From positions 225,806,001 through 225,870,000 of the forward strand of contig NC_086097.1 in assembly GCF_963921235.1 (NCBI RefSeq): DNA of 64,000 nt. The letters are read 5' to 3'. Both the position numbers and the translations under genes were made by a program. This document shows, in pieces, positions 38,846-49,582 of the stretch. The notes below the pieces were generated by a model that saw nothing but the letters and a program-made list of their open reading frames with translations, did not search any database and was not told the origin of the DNA. Within the stretch, counting starts at the first letter, position 1. Every line of letters starts with the position of its first letter. Source of the DNA: Mobula hypostoma. Its lineage: Eukaryota.

Positions 38846-39239
38846 TCCAAATTCATGAAAAATGTTTTGTAAATCCTAGTCAATGAAATAAATTCAAAGG
38901 AGGAGGTCCTATGCACCTGTCAGATCCACTATAAGATGAGTGTGCTTTCTTCCAGGAGAGAGAAACCTCACACAGTGGAGAAGTGTGGAAAGAAATTAAA
39001 TGTCCTCACAAGGTTGGTCAAGGGGAACAGTTCACCACTGTTTCCATCTGCAGAATGGTTCTTGTCACACCCCAAAGCCTTCCTGGGGACTGTGTCAAGT
39101 AAAATGTCCTGACTTGCCCCACTAGCTTCTTTAGAAATCTCTCTCCTGCTATGGAATCCAATGTCTTCTTGGGAAATGCGTTGTGCAAAATGATGCAGTA
39201 ATATAACATAATAAAATGCCAGTGCATTTTGAGCGAAAG

Positions 39240-39785
39240 AAAGACTTGGTGTTGTGCTTCTTGAAAAACTTTAAGGTGGAAGGCCCCAAGGTAATTAAGG
39301 GAGGCAAATGATGAGATTTATGGGGCAATGACTAAGATTTTCATGTCTTCTCTAGCCGTTTGTGAGATCCCAGGAGACTGGTAACTGGTGGTGCATCTTA
39401 TGCCAGTAAAAATATTGGAGAGGATTCTTAGAATTTGAAAGCATTTAGAAAAGCATAGCCTTATCAGTCATCATGGCTTTGTGCAGCACAGATCCTGTCT
39501 TACTATTGAGTTTTTTGAGTAGGTGATGAAAGCTGTCAATGAAAGTAGAGCAGGGGATGTATTTTACATGGATTTTAGTACCACATTTGACAAGGGCACT
39601 CATGGTATGTTCATTCCAGAAGATTAAGATGCATGGAATCAGCAGTGATTTAGCTATTTGTTTTCAGAATTGGCTTGGCCATAGAACACAGATTACCTGG
39701 TTGATAGGTTTTACTCAGGCTGGAGGTCTGTTACTAATAGTGTTCTGCAGGGATCTGTACTGGGACCTGTACTGCTTGTGAGATA
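39240..39785 (+). mobile_element. Highly decayed CR1 RT fragment
   Basis: HGFV..SCLT, DVFYMDF..FD and QGSVLGP-like remnants. Confidence 0.6.
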
Positions 39786-39792
39786 TATATAT

Positions 39793-40280
39793 TACTGTGC
39801 AAAAGTCTTAGGCACATATATAGACTAAGACCTTTGCACGGTACTGTAGTAATTTTATGTACTGTACTTTACTGCTGCCACAAAAATAAACAAAATTCAT
39901 GACATATGTGAGTGATGATAAACCTGATTCTGACATTTGGCTCTATTGTGGACTGAGTGTGGACAGGAGCAGGGGGACAGGAATCATGGTTAGGAAGAAG
40001 GGAGGGGAGAGTGGAGGGAGTGGGAAGCACAAGAGAGAGTTTCTGTAATGTTCGATAATCCAATTGTTTCGAATCAAATGTCCTTACCTGGTGCCTCAGG
40101 GCTGGGTCTGTCTACACCTGTGCCACATCCCGCCCCGGTACTCCTTCTCTGCCGCCTGTCCCACACCAACCCCTGGTGCTCCACCCTCACCCTTTGCTCC
40201 CACCAGATTTACAAACTCGCTCCCAGCTCGGCATTGACAGATACAGTGCTGTGCAGAAGTCTGAGGCAACTCCAGCTATA
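39793..40280. mobile_element. Composite repeat: Tc1-like TIR palindrome, LINE tail and a third TIR-like copy
   Basis: 19-bp inverted arms at 39793-39811 and 39825-39843 (17/19 match). AAACCTGATTCTGA tail at about 39920. TACAGTGCTGTGCAGAAGTCTGAGGCA at 40242-40268. Confidence 0.55.
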
Positions 40281-40659
40281 TAAATTTAATTTGGGCAAGT
40301 GTTTAGTTAGGTGACATTGGCTTAATTAGTTTGGCATAATATGATGGGCCAAAGCTCCTGCTCCTGCGCTGTACGGTTCTGTGTTCCACATTTGAACTGA
40401 GATACAGAAGTCCTCGTGGATTTTTGCATGTTATTCAGCCTTTCTGGTCTCCTAATTAGTGAACTATATTGACACCATGGAAAGCTCACTTGGTATGCAT
40501 AGGGTGGTTCATTCAGTTTGTGTGCAACCAACGAACATGCACTCCCCAGCCAGTCAGATTATGCAAAATGGCTCAGACTTTAAAAGCTTAGTACCGTATT
40601 ACCCAGACAAAGTAGCTCAATATCCATGAAATGGCTACCCATCATTTCACCCCATCAGT

Positions 40660-40910
40660 TTGGGTGGCGCAGTAGCATGTAGTGATCACCACAATGCTTT
40701 ACTGTAATGAGTTTCTACGTTCTCCCCGTGAATGTGTGGGTTTCCTCCACGTGCTCCGGGTTCCTCCCACATTCCAAAGACGTACTGGTCAGTGGGTTAA
40801 TTGGTCACTGTAAATTGATTAGACTAGGATCAGACTGGGGATTGCTAGGTAGCATGAATTGAAAGGCCAGAAGGGCCTACTCTGAGCTCTGTGTCAATGA
40901 AACAATAAAT
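40660..40910 (+). mobile_element. HE1/V-SINE-like SINE
   Basis: GTTCTCCCCGTG..GTGGGTTTCCTCC..GTGCTCCGGGTTCCTCCCACATTCCAAAGACGT V-domain. Confidence 0.8.
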
Positions 40911-41731
40911 GATTCAAATGGTTCAATATAATATCAGAGGATGTATACAGTATTCAACCTGAAATTCTTACTCTTCACAGACACATCCACGAAACAAGAA
41001 TTAATGATAGTAATATCAGAATCCCAAAGCCTCCCGGTCCCCCTCCCATGCACAAGTAGCAGCAGAAGGACTGGCCCTTCCCCTCGCCCTCCGCTTGCAT
41101 GAGCAGATGCACCATCCCTGCCAACCATGCAAGCAATAGCAAAAGCCCTTAAAGAGACTTGATCTAGAGTTCAGCAAAAACGACAGTTCATCCCCAGCAC
41201 ATTGGTATCTCAAGCAGGCTTTCTCTCACCAGTGAAGGAGAGAGAAAAATCGCTCCTGCACAACAAGAGTGGGAGACCGCCAGCTCGCTGTTCCAATTCC
41301 AGCATCTTCCACGTTGCTTCTCCAAGCTCCCTGACTCGGGGACCAGTAGGCTCTCAACTTCCATTAAAAGGGAGAGAGAGAGGGGTATCGCTCGAGTGCA
41401 AGGGCCTTCCTCCAGCAGCTGCACACGCCACCTGCTGGCTCTGTGTTTCAGTCTCCCGCAATGCTTCTGTAGGCAAAATCACCGAGGAATCAAGTTGTCC
41501 ACAGGGCCACCTCTCAAAGGCACACGTCTTCCAAAACGCTCCCGAAATGCCAGGCAAGTGCAAAAACCCACCGCTTATAGAGAACTGTTGTTTAACTGTA
41601 GATCCTGGGCTTTGACAGAATCCCAGCCACCTCAAAAAGAAAAGAAAGACATAAGAGAGGAAGAAAACGCTGTTTCATGGATGATCTGGAAGAAATCATC
41701 TGGGCCTATAAAAATCCTTTGGTGCCATCTT
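40910..41731 (-). mobile_element. Putative non-autonomous LINE-derived element
   Basis: On the minus strand it begins AAGATGGCACC, a common LINE 5' start, and ends in a TTGAAC/TTGAATC-type tail. No RT coding. Confidence 0.45.
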
Positions 41732-43376
41732 TCACCTGAAAGCTTGATTGGTTCTCATTCCACAGATGCTGACTGACCTGCTGAGATTTTCCCCAGTGTC
41801 CCCTGCTTTTTCTTTCCATGTTTGTTTTCTGTACACTTCAGTTCAGCCCTGAGTGATGCTAGCACCGAAACTGCATCTTGAGAAGTTTGAGAAAATGTTC
41901 CAATAATGTTCTGGGATTTGCTGGTTCTTCTTGTTCTGTGCTCTCCGATCACAGCAGATGAACACAAAGCAATGAGAAACAGTGTGTAAATGATTATTAA
42001 TGGAAAACATTATTTCTTTGTAATTGGAGAACACAGTGATGTGAGGAACTAGCAAATGAAGGGTAATCTTTAAATCCCAGGATAAATCTTTCTGGGCAGC
42101 ACTAGTTACCAGAAATATGCAGAAATTGCAGATTCCTTTGGCATCCTGGACTTATGTTTTCACTGATATAGCAAGCTACACACTGATGGATTGGAAACAT
42201 TTCCCGTCAACATGTCCAGGTTCTTTAAGGTAACATTTTTCAGTCATTGAGCACAGCCATTGGCTGCTTACCCTCATGAGAGGCTAGCAATGCTGTCAAA
42301 TCCCATTTCCCGAGATGATAACCACTCCTCACTGAAGTCAAAGTAGATCAAACCATTTCTTTGTGAGACAGTGCTTGAGTGACCTGCTCTGATGAAGCCA
42401 CAAGCGTCAAGTTTGGAAACGTGACAGAGATTTGCTAAGTCACTTCAAACATTCCTGAGATGAGGAAGTTGACAGTCAACAGAATGTTGCTCTCTTCAAA
42501 GAGAACATTACCGCACAACCAGAATGTCACATATCTCAGTGATAAAAGCCTTACGAAACAGAAGTCTGTGCTATCAGGCAACATTTAATGTCTCTGAAGT
42601 CTCTACAGTGAGGTTCTTGGATGATAGGAACATCTTTGCCTCCTACACTCAGGTTTCCAAACTTTGAGTGGGCAACCGTGGTCATGCTTGCTTCTCTAGT
42701 CCAGTAAAGTATGTCACTACCAAGGCATCATCTGAATGAACATCTCAGCAGTTACATGCTGAAAAGTCAGGGAGTTGTAGAGCACAAAAACAGGCCCTGA
42801 TATTCCTTGGAATCAGTGGGAATGTTGCAATTTTTCAAAGAGGCTTTGTGTTGTCATGCTTCATTCTTTCCCCCTTTTTCTATCTAATTAGCGATAGAGC
42901 TCAGAATGGAATGTTTGTTTCAGGAGGCAGGTGCCAGGGAACATGAACAATGTGGCCTGCCCATTGGAATGTAGTTAGGACTTCCTGGTTCAGGAGGAAG
43001 ACCTGGGGACAACAGTATCACTGGCTCACTTATTGCAAACAAAAACAGAACATGCAAGCGAAGTTCAGCATATCAGGCAGCATCCACGGGAAGAGAAACA
43101 GAGCCAATGCCCTGACAAAGAGATCAAAGAAGCTAGTTAAGTCACAGGGAGAATGGGGAAGGAGGATGCCCCTGATGGAGTGGAATTTGCAGCTAAGCAT
43201 TTTAAATTCCATGGGGTTTGACCAGCCTGCAGTCACGTCTTAAAGTGCTCACTCAGGACTTCTGTTGTCAGCAGTATCCCCTTAAATAAACAGAAACTGT
43301 TAGAAACTGCAGAGAAACACACATCAAAGTTGCTGGTGAACGCAGCAGGCCAGGCAGCGTATCTAGGAAGAGGTAC

Positions 43377-43412
43377 AGTCGACATTTCAGGCCGAGACCC
43401 TTCGTCAGGACT
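43377..43412 (-). ncRNA. Minimal type I hammerhead ribozyme motif
   Basis: Reverse complement AGTC-CTGACGA-A-GGGTCTCGGCCT-GAAA-TGTC-GACT. Confidence 0.7.
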
Positions 43413-44064
43413 AACTGAAGGAAGAGCTAGTAAGAGATTTGAAAGTGGGTGGGGGAGGGGGAGATCCGAAATGATAGGAGAAGACAGGAGGGGGAGGAAT
43501 GGAGCCAAGAGCTGGACAGGTGATTGGCAAAAGGGGATACGAGAGGATCATAGGACAGGAGGCCTAGGGAGAAAGACAAGGGGGGGGGGGGGAACAAGGA
43601 GGCCAGAGAAAGCAGGATCTCCCAGTGGCCACACATTTTAATTCCACATCCCATTCCCATTCTGACATGTCTATCCACGGCCTCCTCTACTGTAAAGATG
43701 AAGCCACACTCAGGTTGGAGGAACAACACCTTATATTCCGTCTGGGTAGCCTCCAACCTGATGGCATGAACATCGACTTCTCTAACTTCCGCTAATGCCC
43801 CATCTCCCCCTCGTACCCCATCCGTTATTTATTTTTATACACACATTCTTTCTCTCACTCTCCTTTTTCTCCCTCTGTCCCTCTGGGTTCCCCTCCACTT
43901 GTCTTTCACCCCAGACCTCCTGTCCCATGATCCTCTCATATCCCCTTTGCCAATCACCTGTCCAGCTCTTGGCTCCATCCCTCCCCCTCCTGTCTTCTCC
44001 TATCATTTTGGATCTCCCCCTCCCCCTCCCACTTTCAAATCTCTTACTAGCTCTTCTTTCAGTT

Positions 44065-44100
44065 AGTCCTGATGAAGGGTCTTGGCCCGAAACGTCGACT
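44065..44100 (+). ncRNA. Minimal type I hammerhead ribozyme motif, intact core
   Basis: AGTC-CTGATGA-A-GGGTCTTGGCCC-GAAA-CGTC-GACT: helix I AGTC/GACT, helix II GGG/CCC, palindromic ACGT and a GUC cleavage triplet. Confidence 0.8.
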
Positions 44101-44207
44101 GTACCTCTTCCTGGAGATGCTGCCTGGCCTGTTGCATTCACCAGCAACTTTGATGTGTGTTGCTTGAATTTCCAGCATCTGCAGAATTCCTGTTGTTCGC
44201 GTTTTTA

Positions 44208-46018
44208 AGAAACTGCAGAGAGTTGTGGACACAGTTCAGCACATCACAGGAACCAGCCTGCCCTCTATGGACCTGCTCTGATGAAACTGCAAGCATCTAT
44301 ACTTCTCTATACTTCTTGCTACCTCAGTAATGCAGCCAGTATAATCAATGACCCACCCTAGACGTTCCCTCTTCCAATTGGACAGAAGATACAAAAGCCT
44401 GAAAGCCCTGGCCATCAGGTTCAAGGAAAACCTCTACCCAATTAACAGTCCTGCCGAAGGGCCTTGGCTCAAGGTGTCGACTGTTCTTTTCTTCCATAGA
44501 TGCTGCCTGGCCTGCTGAGTTCCTCCAGCATTTTGTGTGTGTTGCTCAATTATTATTATCAGATTCATGAACGGACCATTTAGAGTCATGATGTCATAGA
44601 AAACTACAGCACCAAAACAGGTCCTTCAGCCTATTTAGTTTATGCCAAATCCTTTAAACTGCTGAGTCCCATTAACATGCACCTGGACCATAGCCCTCCG
44701 TACCCCTCCTATCCATGTACTATCCAACCTTCTCTAAATGCTGTAATAGAAATCACATCCACTGCTTGCACTGGCAACTGATTCCACACTTTCGCTGCCC
44801 TTTGAGTGAAGGAGATTCCCTTCATGTTCCCCTTAAGCATTTCACATTTCACCTTTAACCCGAGACTCGAGCTATAGTCCCACACAACCTCAGTGGAAAA
44901 AGCCTGTTTGCCTTTACTATATCCATCCCCCTCATAATTTTGTATACCTCTATCAAATCTCCTCTCAATCTCTACGATCTACAATATGCTTTGCAATCTA
45001 CTCCAATGTGATCTTGCACTTTATAGTTTACCTGCACTGCACTTTTTTCAGTAGCTTTTAAACTTTATTCTGCTTTGCTATTGTTTTAACTTGTTCTGTC
45101 TAGCTCAATGCACTGTGTGATGATTTGACCTGCATAAGCAAGACAATTTTTTCACTGTATCTTTCACAATCTTTTCATTGTATCAAGAGGGAAATTGAAA
45201 ACTTGGATGAGTGGTATACTATCAACAACCCCTCACTCAATGTCAATAAGACCAAAGAGTTGATTGCAGACTTCAGGAGAGGGAAACTAGAGGTCCATGA
45301 GCCAGTAATCATCGAAGGATCAGAGATGAAGAGGGTCAGTAACTTTAAATTCCTGGGGGTCACTATTTCAGAAAATCTGTCCTGGATCCATCATATAAGT
45401 ATTATTGCGAAGAAAGCATAACAGTATCTCTACTTCTTCAGGAGTCTGTGGAGATTCGCCATGTCAACAAAGAGCGTGGTAAACTTCTATAGATGTATGG
45501 TGGAAAGTGTGCTGACTGGCTGCTTTACGGCCTGGTGTGGCAACACCAATGTCTTTGGGGGGGGAAATCCAACAAAAGGTAGTGGATTTGGCCCAGTACA
45601 TCATGGGTAAAACCCTCCCAACCATTGAGCATATCTACATGAAACATTGCCGTAGAAAAGCAGCATCACCACCCAGACCATGCTCTTTTCTCGCTGCTGC
45701 CATTAGGTAGAAGGTAAAATTGCCTCAGGACTCACACCATCAGGTTCAAGAACAGTTACTGCTCCTCAAGCATCAGGCTCCTGAACAAAAAGAGTTCAAG
45801 GACTCATTTAAGGACTGTGTTATATTGCTATTTCATGCTCGTTATTTATTGCTACTTATTTATATCTGCATTCGCACAGCTTGTTTAGACTTGACAGTTC
45901 TTGATGTTTACAGTTACCGTTCTACAGATGTGCTAAGTATGCCCTCAGTAAAAGAATCTCAGAGTTGTATGTGGTGACGTGTGTGTACTCTGAAAATAAA
46001 TTTTACTTTGAACTTTGT
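44208..46018 (+). mobile_element. Cluster of Rex1/Babar-type 3' fragments with a nested PLE-derived short repeat (44444-44548) and a minus-strand CR1 tail (about 44590-44975)
   Basis: LNVNKTKELIADFRRG..FKFLGVTISENLSW at 45180-45421 and an ACTTTGA tail at about 46005. A degenerate hammerhead lies at 44446-44482. Confidence 0.75.
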
Positions 46019-46052
46019 AATAGGTGTCAATAAACCAAACCGCAGTGTAACA

Positions 46053-47035
46053 AAGCAACGCATGCAAAATGCCAGAGACACTCAGCAGGTCAGGTGGCAC
46101 ATGTGAAAATGAATAAACAGTCGACATTTCCGGCCGAGACCCTTCTTCAGGATTGAAAAGGAAGGGGGAAGACACTTGAATAAAAAGCTGGGGGTAGGAG
46201 AAGGGGGATAGCTAGAATGTGATAGATGAGGCCAGGTAGGAAAGGTGAAGGGCTGGAGAAGAACAATCTAATAGGAGAGGAGAGTGGGTCATAGGAGAAA
46301 AGGAAGGAGGAGGGGACCCAGGGGGAGGGGATAGGCAGGTCAGAAGAGGTAAGAAGTAAGAGAGCAGAGTGAGGAATAGAAGAAGAGGGGAGGGGGAGGC
46401 AATTTTTTTTTACTGGAAGGAGAAATTGATATTCGTACCATTAGGTTGGAAGCTACCCAAATGGAATATAAAGGGCTGCTCCTCCACCCTGAGAACGGTC
46501 TTGTCGTGGCACAAGAAGTGGAACAACGTGTTGAACAGGAATGGGAATGGGAATTAAAATGTTTGGTTGGCAGAAAAGTTTCACTTTTGGTGGATGAAGC
46601 AGAGATGCTTGACAAAGTGGTTCCCAATTTACAAGGGGGCTCACCAATATGAGACAGGCCGCACAGAGCATCGGACACAATAGATGACCTCATCAGATTC
46701 GTAGGCTAAGTGTTTCCTCACCTGGGAAGATGGTTTAGGGTCCTGAATGGAGGTGAGGGAGGAGGTGAAAGGGGCGTGTGTAGCACTTTGGCCACTTGCA
46801 GGGAATAGTGCCAGGAAGTTGATTAATGGGGAGGGATGAATGGACAAGAGAATCATAGAAGGAGTGATCCCTGTGGAATGCAGAGAGGGGTGGGAGATGG
46901 CTGAAGTTGCGGAGACTATTGTGTTAGATGTGGAAGCTCACGAGGTGGAAAGTAAGGACAAGAGGAACACCATCACTGTTAAGGCAGCGGGAAGATGGGG
47001 TGAGTGCAGATGTTTGGGAAATAGAGAAGATGCGG
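46053..47035 (-). mobile_element. Decayed Penelope-like element (linker, GIY-YIG and pLTR)
   Basis: VPLVLTFH, VIYCVRCS and CGLSHIGE (degenerate GIY-YIG). Hammerhead motif at 46119-46154. Confidence 0.85.
46119..46154 (-). ncRNA. Degenerate hammerhead motif
   Basis: Reverse complement AATC-CTGAAGA-A-GGGTCTCGGCCG-GAAA-TGTC-GACT. Confidence 0.55.
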
Positions 47036-47261
47036 GTAACAATGTGTAAAAAATGAGCACAATGTCCTAGTAGTTCAACTGTGATTGATCCACAACAATC
47101 TACCTGCTCTATGCGGGTCTGAAATTGAATTGCCTTTTGCCGAAAAAGAGCTGCAGGATTATCCACTTTCTGGTATCTAGCACTTATACAACCAACAAAG
47201 TTGCTGGAAAGATACATTTTATGGTTCCATTGGAATGTTGCTGCTTTTAATGCAGATCATT

Positions 47262-48245
47262 TTGTGTACTAAGCCCACTGCTCTACTCTCTCTATACACG
47301 TGACTGTGTGGCTAGGCATAGCTCAAATACCATCTATAAATTTGCTAACGATACTACCATTGTTGGTAGAATCTCAGGTGGTGACGAGAGGGTGTACAGG
47401 AGTGAGATATGCCAACTAGTGGAATGATGCCACAGCAACAACCTGGCACTCAACGTCAGTAAGACGAAAGAGTTGATTGTGGACTTCAGGAAGGGTAAGA
47501 CGAAGAAACAGATACCAATCCTTATAGAAAGATCAGAGGAGAGAGTGAGCAGTTTTATGTTCCTGGGTGTCAAGATCTCTGAGGATCTAACCTGGCCCCA
47601 ACATATGGATGTAGTTAGAAAGAAGGCAAGACAGCGGCTATACTTTATTCGGAGTTTGAAGAGATTTGGCATGTCAACAAATACACTCAAAAACTTCTAT
47701 AGTTGTACCATGGAGAGCATTCTGACAGGCTGCATCACTGTCTGGTATGGAGGGGCTACTGCACGGGACTGAAACAAGCTGTAGAAGGTTGTAAATCTAG
47801 TCAGCTCCATCTTGGGTACTAGCCTACAAAGTACCCAGGACATCTCCAAGGAGCAGTGTCTCAGAAAGGCAGCGTCCATTATTAAGGACCTCCAGCACCC
47901 AGGGCATGCTCTTTCCTCACTGTTACCATCAGGTAGGAGATACAGAAGCCTGAAGGCACACACTCAGCGATTCAGGAACAGCTTCTTCCCCTCTGCTATC
48001 TGATTCCTGAATGGACATTGAAGTTTTGGACACTACCTCACTTTTTTAATATATAGTATTTCTATTTTTACGTGTTTTTAAACATCTATTCTATATACGT
48101 ATACCATAATTGATTTACTTATTTATTATTATTTTTTATTTTATATATTATTATTTTTTTCTCTGCTAGATTATGTATTGCTGCTGCTGCTAAGTTAACA
48201 AATTTCACATCACATGCTGGTGATAATGAACTTGATTCTGATTCT
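47262..48245 (+). mobile_element. Rex1/Babar-type LINE 3' half
   Basis: KFANDTT, KKARQRLYFIRSLKRFG..ESILTGCITVWYG and LPSGRRYRSLKAHTQRFRNSFFPSAI, with a TGATTC tail. Confidence 0.9.
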
Positions 48246-48854
48246 AAATTTAAGAAGTTTCATAACTGAATCTCATGAAATCAAAGTTAGTATCATTTCT
48301 GATATAAATGTCCAGTTCATTTAACAAGCACAGTTAGGCATTCAGTGTAACAATGCTTGGGTGTTTCACTATATCATTTATAGATAAAGTCAGCTGAGTG
48401 TTAACATGCATAAAACATAGCATGTATATGTGTGAGGCTATGTTGGTTAAATAATGAATGTTGTGAGGCTAATGGACAGACTGTAAACCATTGTTACATT
48501 TTGCACTTTTATCTTCAGGCCCTGAATCTCGTCATCAGGTCAAAACTGTTAATGCATAACTGTGCTCCATCTAGCTTTATTGGTACATTATTAAGTTCTG
48601 AGTTCTTTGATACACGAGCATGGTGCCACATTCTGTTTCTATGTCACTCTGTACATAAATGAAGTAACAAATAATGCAACATTTGTGCACTTTGGTGTAA
48701 GTCTCATCCTTCCAATCTGTCAGGAATACTAGCATCCCACTTGTACCATTGTGAGTGCTTAACAGTAGCTTTACATTAGGCCATGTTTCACTTGAAAAAC
48801 AAATACGTTTTTATAAAGGTTCTCAGAAGAGTACATTAGTTCATTTGAAGATGC

Positions 48855-49325
48855 AATGGATTCCCGTTAATTGGGACATCGGGTAATTAGGGCAGCTGCT
48901 TATCTGGGACAACTCTCAAAGAACAAAAACTAATCAAAAAAAGAGCCAGGATTCCCTTCATTTATTTGGGACACTATGTCACTTAATTGGGGCAGGAGAC
49001 TGCTGTTAAACATTTTCTAACTCGTGTCAGACACTTGCACTAGTGAGGCCGTTAAACACTGCACCATGCTTAGAGTGATCAGTTTTTAAATAGTGTCTGT
49101 TGCCCGAGTATTTCTTCAAAAAACATTGATTTTGTCAATGATAGTTGGTGAGAAGTAAGCAGTGAGACAATTCGGAAATTCAGGCTTAAAGAAGCCAGAA
49201 CCAGCTGAGAGTGAAAATGAAATGATTTCACTCTTTCAACAAGTTATGAACTACAAAAAAATTTGAAGATATTGACAATCACCTTGAATACTACAAGGAA
49301 AATGAAGATTTGCAGAATGCAATCA
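48855..49325. mobile_element. Possible Tigger/pogo-like MITE fragment
   Basis: The CAATGGATTCCCGTTAATTGGGAC start and repeated TTAATTGGG(AC) motifs resemble Tigger-type ends. The second TIR was not found. Confidence 0.35.
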
Positions 49326-49329
49326 TATA

Positions 49330-49582
49330 ATTTTTGTTTTAGCCAGAGGGTGGTGAATCTATGAAATTTGTTGCCACAGGCGGCAGTGGAGGCCAAGTCA
49401 TTGGGTGTATTTAAGGCAGAGATTGACAGGTATCTGAGTAGTCAGGGCATCAAAGGTTATGGGGAGAGGACGGGGGAGTGGGACTAAATGGGAAAATGGA
49501 TCAGCTCATGATAAAATGGCAGAGCAGACTCGATGGGCCGAATGGCCAACTTCTGCTCCTTTGTCTTATGGTCTTATGGTCT
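49330..49582 (+). mobile_element. CR1 3' tail
   Basis: Near-identical inverted counterpart of 38365-38605, with a (TCTTATGG)n tail. Confidence 0.9.

Larger units (their letters stand above)
43316..44207 (+). mobile_element. Penelope-like element: inverted pLTR, GIY-YIG C-terminus, pLTR; 14-bp TSD
   Basis: About 43600-43795 reads QDLPVATHFNSTSHSHSDMSIHGLLYCKDEATLRLEEQHLIFRLGSLQPDGMNIDFSNFR*. 43316-43590 is an inverted copy of about 43890-44161. AGAAACTGCAGAGA is duplicated at 43302-43315 and 44208-44221. Confidence 0.9.

Noticed and set aside
41853..41880. CTGAGTGATGCTAGCACCGAAAC as a hammerhead
   Set aside because: The first box is non-canonical and the helices do not close.
43233..44208. 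Several 90-137 aa ORFs over the pLTRs (also 58606-59443)
   Set aside because: They are low-complexity purine/pyrimidine pLTR sequence, mirrored by the inversion.
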